Assembly: GCA_046331705.1 (NCBI GenBank)
Contig: JAXLQJ010000059.1
Coordinates: 1 to 45,118 of the forward strand
DNA length: 45,118 bases
Origin: a bacterium
GTDB lineage: Bacteria > JADJOY01
Direction: 5' to 3'
Position 1 is the stretch's first letter, and every line of letters begins with the position of its first letter. Below, piece after piece: positions 18,826 to 26,745 of the stretch. The position numbers were made by a program, and so were the translations under genes. A model generated the notes under the pieces. The model had not been told where the DNA came from. It searched no databases and saw nothing but the letters and a program-made list of their open reading frames with translations.

Positions 18826-20076
18826 ATGCACCCGCAGACCCCGCCCGGCGATCGCATCCGCGTGACCGAGGATGACGTCGAGTCCCGCGTGGACATCGCG
18901 CCGGTTCCGTTGGGCGGTGATGCGCTGATGCTGATCCTCGTGCCCGCGCTCGTGTTCGGGATGCAGACGTTGTTCGTGATGGAGATCGCGTTCCCGTCGC
19001 TGCTTCGTGCCGTGGTGTCCGTGGAAGTGGCGCGGGTGTTCGGCGCGGGCTGGCTTCCGCCCGTGACCGCGGGTGGCGTCGCGCTCGGCATCCTACTGCT
19101 GCAGCTCGATCGGATTCGCCAGCGAGAATCGGTCGCCATTGGCGCCAATCGTGCGACCGTTCATCGCGATCGAGAATGGATGTCGCAACGAATTCCGCTC
19201 GCGCTCGATGCCGTGACCGGTGTCGAGCTGGCGCGCCCGGCACCGTTCGACGAGCTGCTTCTGGCGCGCGCCCGCCCGGGAGGGGCCGAGCGCTCGCGCG
19301 CCGCGCGCGACGCACCCATCCACGTGTTGCGCATCCTTGCCGGCACGACCTCGGTCGACATCGGCGCCACGCTGACCGAGACCGAGCTCGAGTGGCTGGT
19401 GGTCTGGATGCGCGAGCGCATCGCGCGTTGGTCGGAGCGCGACGACAGTCGAGCCGACGATCCCACCCGCCCGCCGGGCCACCGAATCCGAGTCGCCGAT
19501 CGCTCGCCCGATTCGATCGTGTTCGCGATTCGGCGGCGGGGGCTGCCGCGCGGAGAGTGGCCAGGGGTGCTGCTCACGCTGATCGGCTGCGTCCTGTGGC
19601 TGGGTTTCGCGCCGTGGCGGGAAGCCGTGCCCGGCTTGCGGCGCGGCGACCCGTTCTGGCTCGGCCCGCTCGCGATCGCGCTCACGCCGGTTCTCGGGTG
19701 GCTCGGGATCTTCCTGAATCGCACGTTCGGAACCGAGCGGATCGAGCTCACACGCGAGCGGCTCTCGATCCGCAGGCGCCGACCGTTCTTTCCGCGCACG
19801 ACTCGCGTGCGAATCGACGAGATCCGCGCCATCGAGCTGGACGGCGATCCGGCGCCCTCGTCACCAATCGAGACTCCCTCGCGCTGGCGCGGGTCGCGCC
19901 GCGCCGCACCGCACGTGATGCGTCCCGCGATTCGAACCACGCGCGCAGCAACGCACGTCGGAGAGTCCTTGACCGAGGGCGAGATGCGCTGGCTCGTGAG
20001 CGCGCTCGCACGCGCCGTCGAGCGCGTCGGTGCGGCGAGCGGCAACCCCGGAGAGGCCGACGGAGACGAACGATGA
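18826..20076 (+). CDS. Hypothetical membrane protein with internal duplication
   Basis: Two TM-pair-containing repeats (PPGDRIRV...GATLTETELEWLV and PPGHRIRV...GESLTEGEMRWLV). Stop overlaps the SDR start (ATGA). Confidence 0.65.
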   Translation: MHPQTPPGDRIRVTEDDVESRVDIAPVPLGGDALMLILVPALVFGMQTLFVMEIAFPSLLRAVVSVEVARVFGAGWLPPVTAGGVALGILLLQLDRIRQRESVAIGANRATVHRDREWMSQRIPLALDAVTGVELARPAPFDELLLARARPGGAERSRAARDAPIHVLRILAGTTSVDIGATLTETELEWLVVWMRERIARWSERDDSRADDPTRPPGHRIRVADRSPDSIVFAIRRRGLPRGEWPGVLLTLIGCVLWLGFAPWREAVPGLRRGDPFWLGPLAIALTPVLGWLGIFLNRTFGTERIELTRERLSIRRRRPFFPRTTRVRIDEIRAIELDGDPAPSSPIETPSRWRGSRRAAPHVMRPAIRTTRAATHVGESLTEGEMRWLVSALARAVERVGAASGNPGEADGDER

Positions 20077-20891
20077 GCTTCGCGGAAGCGGTGGTGTTGA
20101 TCACGGGCGGCGCGTCGGGAATCGGTCGAGAGGTGGGGACCATGCTCGCGACGCGGGGGGCGCGCGTGATCCTCGCCGACAAGAACGCGAGCGGCGTCGA
20201 GGACGCCGCGCACGCGATCCGCGCTCGCGGCGGGAAGGCGAGCGGCGTCGCGCTCGACGTCACGGACGCGGACGCGTTTCGCGCGGTGGTGGATGGCATC
20301 GTCGTGCGCGAAGGGCGGATCGACTACTTCTTCAACAACGCCGGCATGGCGATCGGCGGCGAGGTGCGCGACATCCCGCTCGACGTGTGGCGGCGCATCC
20401 TCGACGTGAACCTGATGGGTGTCATCCACGGAGTGGCCGCCGTCTATCCGCACATGCTGGCGCGGAACTCCGGCCACATCGTGAACACCGCTTCCATGGC
20501 CGGGCTGGTGCCCTTTCCCGGCGGCGCGCCCTACAGCGTCTCGAAGTTCGGGGTGGTGGCGCTCTCCACGTCACTGCGCGCCGAGGCCACCAAGCTCGGC
20601 GTGCGGGTGAGTGTCGTGTGCCCGTCGTTCATCGCCACACCCATCTACGACTCCGCCCTCTACGTGAACGTGGACCGCGCCAAGGTCATCGACGCGATCC
20701 CCGTGACACCCATCCCGGTGGAACGCTGCGCCGAGGTGATCCTCGCCGGTGTGGAGCGCAATCGCGCCTTCATCCTCGTGGGCGCCAGCGCCTGGGCTTC
20801 CTGGTGGCTCTGGCGGCTATTCCCGAGCTGGTTCCTCGCCATCGCCGGCCGCAGCCTCGGCACCTTCCGCCGCGCTCGGCTGACAGGGTGA
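20073..20891 (+). CDS. SDR family NAD(P)-dependent oxidoreductase
   Basis: ITGGASGIG, NNAG, NTASMAG and catalytic YSVSK (YxxxK). Confidence 0.93.
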   Translation: MSFAEAVVLITGGASGIGREVGTMLATRGARVILADKNASGVEDAAHAIRARGGKASGVALDVTDADAFRAVVDGIVVREGRIDYFFNNAGMAIGGEVRDIPLDVWRRILDVNLMGVIHGVAAVYPHMLARNSGHIVNTASMAGLVPFPGGAPYSVSKFGVVALSTSLRAEATKLGVRVSVVCPSFIATPIYDSALYVNVDRAKVIDAIPVTPIPVERCAEVILAGVERNRAFILVGASAWASWWLWRLFPSWFLAIAGRSLGTFRRARLTG

Positions 20892-20967
20892 GGCGGGACG
20901 AATCGTGCGCGCCCGGAATGTCACGATGTGGGACCGGCCGGACGCACACCAAGACGAGATCAAGCGC

Positions 20968-21198
20968 ATGCGCATCAACTCGAAGGGTCAAGTCACGATT
21001 CCCCAGGCCATCCGCGAGCAACTCGGGCTCCTGCCCGGTACGGAGGTGCAGATCGCGATCGATGGAAATGCGGTCAAGCTCCGGAAGCATCGGAAGACCG
21101 CATCGCGAGGTGGGCAGCTCGTCGCGCGGTTGCGCGGCAAAGCGACTACCCGCCTGAGTACCGACCAGATCCTGGCCCTCACCCGCAGTGGCCGATGA
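20968..21198 (+). CDS. vapB: AbrB/MazE/SpoVT-family antitoxin (VapB-like)
   Basis: MRINSKGQVTIPQAIREQLGLLPGTEV is a typical AbrB-fold sequence. ATGA overlap with the PIN gene. Confidence 0.85.
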   Translation: MRINSKGQVTIPQAIREQLGLLPGTEVQIAIDGNAVKLRKHRKTASRGGQLVARLRGKATTRLSTDQILALTRSGR

Positions 21199-21432
21199 CA
21201 GCGATCCTGGTCGACTCGAACATGCTCTTGGACGTCCTCACCCAGGATCCGGATCGGTTCGACTGGTCGTCCACACAACTCGCCCACTGCACGAGCCGCG
21301 CCCCTCGCGCCACCAACCCTCGGATCTACGCCGAGCATTCGATCGGCTTCGAGCGCATTGAAGAGCTCGATCGACTCGCGCCACGAACCGATGGATAGCG
21401 CCTGCCCCTGCCGTGGGACGCGGCGTTTCGCG
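21195..21432 (+). pseudogene. vapC: VapC/PIN toxin pseudogene
   Basis: MTAILVDSNMLLDVL...NPRIYAEHSIGF. In-frame TAG at 21396-21398, after which PIN-like LPLPWDAAF continues and then similarity is lost. The C-terminal catalytic part is missing. Confidence 0.75.
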
Positions 21433-21460
21433 CGATCTCTAGATCCGGCCGCATCAGCCA

Positions 21461-21479
21461 GTTGAGATTGATTCTCATT
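21461..21479. promoter_or_regulatory. Fur/PerR-like 7-1-7 palindrome upstream of intI
   Basis: GTTGAGATTGATTCTCATT with core TGAGATT-G-ATTCTCA (6/7 symmetric). AT-rich island in high-GC DNA. Confidence 0.45.
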
Positions 21480-21637
21480 GAGTCTCCCGCGGGAGGCAGC
21501 CGCCACCTCCCGACGGCCGCGCCCGTGGAGGCGCATCCCGCGCATCGCGGCGCGCCCCACCGGGCGCGGTCGCGCCGGCCAGGATCGAAACTCTCCAGTC
21601 CGCGCGCGAGTGACATCGCTGGCATGCCGTTCGCTCC

Positions 21638-22696
21638 ATGTCGCCGCCACCACCTGTCGTCGCCCCAAACGCCATGCAACCCGCCGCTCCAGCCAACCCG
21701 CCGCCGCGTCTCCTGGATCGCGTGCGCGAGACCGCCCGCACCCGCCATCTGAGCCGCCGCACCGAGAAGGCATACGTCGGCTGGATCCGCCGGTTCATCG
21801 TGTTCCACGCCAAGCGCCACCCGCGCGACCTGGGAGCGCCGGAGGTCACGGCGTTCCTGAGCTTTCTGGCCGTCAAGCGGCACGTCAGCGCTTCCACGCA
21901 GAACCAGGCCCTCGCGGCGCTGCTGTTTCTCTATCGCGACGTGCTCGGCCTCGAGCTTCCCTGGCTCGACGACGTGGTACGCGCCAAACGGCCGGAACGC
22001 CTCCCCGTCGTGCTCACGCGCGACGAGGTCGCCGCGTTGCTGGATGCCCTCGATGGCATCCCGCGACTGATGGCTGCACTGCTGTACGGATCGGGCCTTC
22101 GGCTCCTCGAATGCGCACAGCTTCGGATCAAAGACGTGGATCTCGAGCGACGCGAGCTCACCGTTCGGCAGGGGAAAGGTGCCAAAGACCGCGTGACACT
22201 CCTGCCGGCATCCCTGATCGAGCCCCTCGCTCGCCAGATGGCCTTCGCCCGTGCCCAGCACCAGCGCGATCTCGCCGCCGGCGCCGGTTACGTCGAGCTA
22301 CCCGCCGCCCTCGCCGCGAAGCTTCCCGGCGCAGCGCAGTCGTGGCCGTGGCAGTGGGTCTTTCCCGCGACCCGAACCTACGTCCATCCACCCACGGGGG
22401 AGCGTCGCCGGCATCACCTTCACGAGTCCGTGCTCCAGCGAGCCGTCTCCCTGGCCGTGGTCCGCGCACGCCTTTCCAAACGGGCCACCTGCCACACGTT
22501 GCGCCACTCCTTTGCCACGCACCTCCTCGAGGACGGCTACGACATTCGCACCGTCCAGGAGCTCCTCGGCCACAACGACGTCAGCACCACCATGATCTAC
22601 ACCCACGTGATCCAGCACCGCTTCGCCAACATCCGCAGCCCCATGGATCGCCTCGAAAGCCGACCCACCCAATACCCGCTACCCCGGTCTCGGTAG
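21638..22696 (+). CDS. intI: Integron integrase (tyrosine recombinase)
   Basis: N-terminal SAM-like domain ([10 protein letters not shown]...[16 protein letters not shown]). Catalytic [16 protein letters not shown] and LLGH...TTMIYTHV. Integron-specific insert [30 protein letters not shown]...RRRHHLHES. Alternative start at 21674. Confidence 0.97.
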   Translation: MSPPPPVVAPNAMQPAAPANPPPRLLDRVRETARTRHLSRRTEKAYVGWIRRFIVFHAKRHPRDLGAPEVTAFLSFLAVKRHVSASTQNQALAALLFLYRDVLGLELPWLDDVVRAKRPERLPVVLTRDEVAALLDALDGIPRLMAALLYGSGLRLLECAQLRIKDVDLERRELTVRQGKGAKDRVTLLPASLIEPLARQMAFARAQHQRDLAAGAGYVELPAALAAKLPGAAQSWPWQWVFPATRTYVHPPTGERRRHHLHESVLQRAVSLAVVRARLSKRATCHTLRHSFATHLLEDGYDIRTVQELLGHNDVSTTMIYTHVIQHRFANIRSPMDRLESRPTQYPLPRSR

Positions 22697-22805
22697 CGCG
22701 GTTCCGGTCTGGCTCAACGCTTCGCCCACCTTCGAATCTGCTGATACGGCGCACACTTGCGCCATACCGCCGCTCCGGGCAGAATCCCCGATACGTGGGC
22801 GTAGC

Positions 22806-22852
22806 CACCCTCGTAGGGTGAACTGGGTAGTTCAGTCGAATTCGAGTTGGGC
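22806..22852 (+). other. Putative attI site (core GTTGGGC at 22846-22852)
   Basis: AGTTGGGCGG (22845-22854) is the exact reverse complement of CCGCCCAACT (23441-23450) at the start of attC1, as expected for the first integrated cassette. No attC hairpin precedes it. Confidence 0.75.
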
Positions 22853-22867
22853 GGACCAATTGTGAAC

Positions 22868-23416
22868 ATGGTCGCAATTTTTTGCCGCCAAGTGCGTGCT
22901 CGCTCGGCTGAGCACAGGCAGGCCGTGCGAAGACTCGATGGGCTTCCTGGTCAGATCGTGTCGATCCTTCGCCAGGAGCTCGATTCAATGGTCAGGCTCA
23001 TCTTCCTCTTGGCCCAGCCGGATCGATCGTACCGACATGCGCTGATCGATGCCGCCGTACACGACAAGAAATGGACGGCCCCGTCATCTCGCCGCAAAAT
23101 CACGGATCGTGAGATGGTGTCCATCGCGAATGGCCTGCACGGCTGGACCGAATCTGTCTATCGTTTTGGTTGTGGTTTCATTCACTTGTCCGCACTCCAT
23201 GATTACAGGTCGCGGGACGCCCTAGACCAACTCGACAGCGGAGAGAAGGAGGCCGTCCTCCATCACCTGCGGTACTATCACGGCGGTCCACATCAAGCGA
23301 ACCCAACTTTCGAGGACATCGAACCATTCCTGCCGCGGGTCTTTGAGAAGATTGCCGATAATCTTGAACGCTACGTGACAGCGCTTGAGGCGGACAAAGA
23401 CATCGAAGCCGCATAG
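22868..23416 (+). CDS. Cassette 1: hypothetical all-alpha protein (possibly DUF5677/HEPN-like)
   Basis: Single ORF filling the cassette, lower GC than the flanks. Motifs SILRQELDSMVRLIFLL and YRFGCGFIHLS. Family call is tentative. Confidence 0.75.
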   Translation: MVAIFCRQVRARSAEHRQAVRRLDGLPGQIVSILRQELDSMVRLIFLLAQPDRSYRHALIDAAVHDKKWTAPSSRRKITDREMVSIANGLHGWTESVYRFGCGFIHLSALHDYRSRDALDQLDSGEKEAVLHHLRYYHGGPHQANPTFEDIEPFLPRVFEKIADNLERYVTALEADKDIEAA

Positions 23417-23442
23417 GGCAAGAAACGGTGCAGCGGAGGGCC

Positions 23443-23533
23443 GCCCAACTCGTCGCTGAAGCTGACGGCACCCGGGATGCACTCGTGAAAATCCCGTGGT
23501 GGTCCGGGGCCGCAGCTTAGCGGTGTGTTCGCG
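23443..23533 (+). repeat. attC site 1
   Basis: GCCCAAC-TCGTC-GCTGAAGCTGACGGC ... GCCGCAGCTTAGC-GGTGT-GTTCGCG, i.e. R''-L''...L'-R' with extrahelical bases. Confidence 0.92.
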
Positions 23534-23814
23534 CGCGATTTGTCGACCAACTTGGTGCCCCTTAGGACAGATTCTCGTAGGCGCAGACGTTGCCGATACG
23601 CAATCAGGGTTTCAACCCCGCATTGTCCCGACTCATCCCCTCCCCCGATCGTGGATCTCGGACGCCGTCTCCCACATCCTGGACCCTTCCTTCATTCCCG
23701 GCGATCCCAAGTCTTCCTTTGCCACTCCCTCGTCGTCGTATCCGTGTCGTTCCACACCAGCCGGCTCGGGCTATGGCAATCCTTGCCTCGCTCAAGAGAT
23801 GAAATGCAAAGTGG

Positions 23815-23901
23815 GTCGAATCGCTGAAGCTGACGGCACCCGGGGTGCGCTCGTCTTGATCCCGTGATATGCCGGGGCCGCAGCTTAGCTCTGGGTTCGA
23901 A
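23815..23901 (+). repeat. attC site 2 (R'' box damaged)
   Basis: GTCGAATC-GCTGAAGCTGACGGCACCCGGGG ... GCCGCAGCTTAGC-TCTGG-GTTCGAA. Near-identical to attC1 but lacks the AAC and part of the spacer. Confidence 0.85.
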
Positions 23902-23921
23902 GGGCCGGAGGCTGCTTGCGG

Positions 23922-23950
23922 TTGCGGGGCGGTATCGCCGATGATACCAT
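23922..23950 (+). promoter_or_regulatory. sigma70-type promoter and operator of the PIN TA cassette
   Basis: TTGCGG-N17-TACCAT with TG extension, overlapped by the palindrome GGTATC-N6-GATACC (23931-23948). Confidence 0.6.
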
Positions 23951-23953
23951 GCC

Positions 23954-24373
23954 GTGGTGACGCACCCCCTCGTCGTACTCGACACGAATGTGCTGGTGTC
24001 GGCGGTCCGATCGCGTCGCGGCGCTTCGTTCGCACTTCTCGAGCGACTCGGGGGCGACCGATTCGAGATCGCGGTGTCGGTGCCCCTCGTTCTGGAATAC
24101 GAGGACGCATTGCTGCGCCACAGGGGTGCGCTCAGGATCCCGGAAGTCGGCGACGTCCTCGACTACGTCTGCAGCGTCGCCCGACACCAGGAGATCTTTT
24201 TTCTGTGGCGCCCACTCTTGCGTGATCCGAGAGACGACATGGTCGCGGAGGTCGCGGTCGCAGCCGGGGCAGACGCCATCATCACCCACAATCATCGTGA
24301 TTTCGTAGGTGTCGAGAGACTGGGATTGAAGGTCTGGTCGCCACAAGAACTGCTGGCGAGGATCCGAAGATGA
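23954..24373 (+). CDS. Cassette 3: PIN-domain toxin
   Basis: VVLDTNVLVSA, SVPLVLEYE, LRDPRDDMVAEVAV and IITHNHRDF. GTG start at 23954 or 23957. Confidence 0.9.
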   Translation: MVTHPLVVLDTNVLVSAVRSRRGASFALLERLGGDRFEIAVSVPLVLEYEDALLRHRGALRIPEVGDVLDYVCSVARHQEIFFLWRPLLRDPRDDMVAEVAVAAGADAIITHNHRDFVGVERLGLKVWSPQELLARIRR

Positions 24374-24660
24374 GCACCCTGAGCCTTCGCCTACCAGAGT
24401 CCCTCCACCGTCGCCTCGGCGAGATCGCCGAGCAGGAGGGTGTCTCGATCAATCAGCTCATCAGCTCTGCAGTCGGGGAGAAGATGTCAGCGCTCTTGAC
24501 CGAGGAATATCTCGCAGCGCGCGCGAAGAAGGGCACGCGCGGGGCGTTCCTCGCTGCCTTGACCAAAGTCCCGGATGTCGAGCCGGCGGAGGAGGACCGT
24601 CTTCGTCCACCAGCGAAGAAACGGGCGCAGAAGGCTGCGCCCAAGGGCCGCCGAACTTGA
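24370..24660 (+). CDS. Cassette 3: ribbon-helix-helix (HicB-like) antitoxin
   Basis: MSTLSLRLPESLHRRLGEIAEQEGVSINQLI is an RHH pattern. ATGA overlap with the toxin; stop lies inside attC3. Confidence 0.88.
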   Translation: MSTLSLRLPESLHRRLGEIAEQEGVSINQLISSAVGEKMSALLTEEYLAARAKKGTRGAFLAALTKVPDVEPAEEDRLRPPAKKRAQKAAPKGRRT

Positions 24661-24735
24661 CGCTGCAGCAGCCCCCGGGATGCGCTCGTCTGGATCGCAG
24701 ATAGTTCGGGGCCGCTGCTGAGCTCGGGGTTCGAC
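24650..24735 (+). repeat. attC site 3
   Basis: GCCGAAC-TTGAC-GCTGCAGCAGC ... GCCGCTGCTGAGC-TCGGG-GTTCGAC. Same repeat family as attC1 and attC2. Confidence 0.9.
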
Positions 24736-24743
24736 CGACCAGA

Positions 24744-24772
24744 TTGTGTGCCCACTACACTGTAGGTACACT
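24744..24772 (+). promoter_or_regulatory. sigma70-type promoter and operator of the brnTA cassette
   Basis: TTGTGT-N17-TACACT with the palindrome CTACA-C-TGTAG in the spacer. GTG start lies 7 nt downstream. Confidence 0.6.
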
Positions 24773-24779
24773 GCGGATC

Positions 24780-25079
24780 GTGGCAGCGGACCTTCGCTTC
24801 GAATGGGACGAGCGCAAGGCGATCGCCAACCGGCGAAAGCACGGCGTTTCCTTCGAGGAGGCCCGCAGCGTCTTCCTGGACGAGAACGCGATCCGCATTC
24901 ACGATCCTGATCATTCGGTAGGCGAGGATCGCTTCGTGCTTCTTGGACTCAGCCTGCACCTTCGTGTGCTGACCGTGTGTCATTGCTACCGGAGCAACGA
25001 CGACGTTATCCGCATCATCTCAGCCCGCCGCGCTAACAAGCGGGAGCGGCGGCAGTACGAGAATCGGAACCGAACATGA
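24780..25079 (+). CDS. brnT: Cassette 4: BrnT family ribonuclease toxin
   Basis: FEWDERKAIANRRKHGVSFEEA...EDRFVLLG...IRIISARRA. Confidence 0.93.
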   Translation: MAADLRFEWDERKAIANRRKHGVSFEEARSVFLDENAIRIHDPDHSVGEDRFVLLGLSLHLRVLTVCHCYRSNDDVIRIISARRANKRERRQYENRNRT

Positions 25080-25342
25080 GAGATCATTACGACTTCGCCA
25101 AGGGCATCAAGAACCCGTACGCTAAACGCCTCAAGAAGCAGCTGACAATCCGATTGGACACGGAGACGATCGGCTACTTCCAAGGACTGTCGAACGAACT
25201 GGGCTTGCCTTACCAGACCCTCATGAACATGTACCTTCGGGATTGCGCGACCACGGGTCGCAGACCATTATGGGCGGCCGTTGAGCGCAAGCAGGCGAGC
25301 AGTCCTTCGAAGCGGAGGCGACAGCAGCGCCGCGCCGCGTAG
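25076..25342 (+). CDS. brnA: Cassette 4: BrnA/CopG-family antitoxin
   Basis: MRDHYDF...NPYAKRLKKQLTIRLD...GLPYQTLMNMYL. ATGA overlap with brnT. Confidence 0.88.
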   Translation: MRDHYDFAKGIKNPYAKRLKKQLTIRLDTETIGYFQGLSNELGLPYQTLMNMYLRDCATTGRRPLWAAVERKQASSPSKRRRQQRRAA

Positions 25343-25354
25343 AATCGCAGGGCG

Positions 25355-25366
25355 GTCGAACTCCTA
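25355..25366 (+). repeat. Remnant of attC site 4 (R'' box), interrupted by IS630
   Basis: CGGTCGAAC is the reverse complement of GTTCGACCG at the cassette start (24729). The IS begins about 5 nt later. Confidence 0.65.
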
Positions 25367-26493
25367 TACTCATAGTCGCATTGATTAGAGATATAAGCTA
25401 TAGTCGTCGCCGTGATTGCGGTGGCCGAAAAGCGCGACGCGCGATCTCTCGATCGCGGCACGCTCGAAGAGATGCGGCGCCTCGCGGTGAAGCGTGTGCT
25501 TGCGGGCGAGGCGTGTGTCGACGTTGCGCGCAGCCTCGAAGTGCATCCCAACACGATCTCGAAGTGGATGACGGCGCACCGAGAGGGCGGCGACGCCGCG
25601 CTGCGCCGAAGGAAGGCGCCCGGCCGGACGCCGAAGCTCGACGGGAAGCAAGTCGCCAAGCTGCGGACGATCATCGTTGGGAAGAACCCCCGCCAGCTCG
25701 GCTTCGGTGCCGCGCTGTGGAGCTTGCCGATCGTCGGGCAGGTGATCGAGCGTACGTTCGGGGTCGTGTTGCACAAGGGCACGATCGGTCGACTGCTGCA
25801 CCGCATGGGGCTCACCCCTCAGAAGCCGCGACGTCGAGCTTTCTCGCGGGACGAAGCGGAATGCGCGCGCTGGGCGACCGTGGACTTTCCGGGAATAGTT
25901 CGGCGGGCCAAGAAGCGCCAGGCGACGCTGCTTTTCCAGGATGAAACCGGCGTGCAGGAAGACGGCCCGCTGGACCGGACGTGGGGTGAACGAGGGCGCC
26001 GCCCCGTCGTCGAAGTGACCGGCTCCCGACGCCGAGTCAACGTGATCTCGGCGATCAGCCCGCGGGGGCGACTGTGGTTCCGCTGCTTTCACGGAAACCT
26101 CAACGCGGGGCGCTTCGTCGACTTCCTGCGCGACTTGCTGCGCGACGTGCGTGGACCGATCGAGCTCGTGCTCGACAAGCATCCCGCTCACGTGGCTGCG
26201 GCGACGCGGCGATTCGTTCACGAGCACGCGGATCGCCTGACGATCCACTACCTGCCCGGTTACGCACCAGAGCTGAATCCTGACGAGCACGTGTGGTCGT
26301 ACTTGAAGGGCCTGTTCCGACGCGACCCCGTGGAGCCTGGCGAGGATCTCACGAGTGCAGTGCACGAAACGATGGTGCAAATCCGCGACGATCGCGCCCT
26401 CGTGCGTCGGTTCTTCGACAGCCCAGAAGTCGCGTACGTACGAAACGCGCTGCATTGGTAATTCTCAATCCCTGATCATCGCGACGGTGAGTA
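25367..26493 (+). mobile_element. IS630-family insertion sequence
   Basis: Imperfect TIRs TACTCATAGTCGCATTGATTAGAGAT / ATCCCTGATCATCGCGACGGTGAGTA, with TA at both ends, enclosing a single transposase ORF. Confidence 0.92.
25412..26461 (+). CDS. IS630-family DDE transposase
   Basis: N-terminal HTH domains. Catalytic FQDETG, LVLDKHPAH and YAPELNPDEHVW. Confidence 0.95.
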   Translation: MIAVAEKRDARSLDRGTLEEMRRLAVKRVLAGEACVDVARSLEVHPNTISKWMTAHREGGDAALRRRKAPGRTPKLDGKQVAKLRTIIVGKNPRQLGFGAALWSLPIVGQVIERTFGVVLHKGTIGRLLHRMGLTPQKPRRRAFSRDEAECARWATVDFPGIVRRAKKRQATLLFQDETGVQEDGPLDRTWGERGRRPVVEVTGSRRRVNVISAISPRGRLWFRCFHGNLNAGRFVDFLRDLLRDVRGPIELVLDKHPAHVAAATRRFVHEHADRLTIHYLPGYAPELNPDEHVWSYLKGLFRRDPVEPGEDLTSAVHETMVQIRDDRALVRRFFDSPEVAYVRNALHW

Positions 26494-26592
26494 GCTCAGC
26501 CGAAACCGCGACAGAAACCGCTTCGTCCAAGGATTCTGCACTGCGGCGAGTCGTACGTCGTCGCCTCCCACTTCGAGGCAATATGCGCAGCG

Positions 26593-26691
26593 GCCTAACC
26601 CGCGCTTGCAGCGGACTGGCATTCGCTGGCATGCGCGGCCTGCGGCCTCGCGGCCAGCTCATGCCAGCCGCTGAAGCGCGGGTCGTTCGGC
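26593..26691 (+). repeat. attC site 5 (different sequence family)
   Basis: GCCTAAC-CCGCGCTTGCAGCGGACTGGCAT ... ATGCCAGCCGCTGAAGCGCGGGTC-GTTCGGC, a long imperfect hairpin. Confidence 0.9.
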
Positions 26692-26745
26692 GATCCCAGC
26701 GGAGCCCTCAAGCGACTCACGTTGGCCGACGTGAGAGACGGCAAT

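Noticed and set aside
20892-21637. vapBC as an integron cassette upstream of intI (canonical orientation)
   Set aside because: No attC hairpin or matching core sites were found flanking it on either strand.
22747-22760. sigma54-like CGGCGCACACTTGC as the cassette promoter
   Set aside because: GG-to-GC spacing is one base short of the strict -24/-12 requirement.
22820-22833. GAAC-N6-GTTC as a Gram-positive-type LexA box
   Set aside because: The spacer is 6 rather than 4, and it lies downstream of intI. Kept only as part of the attI palindromes.
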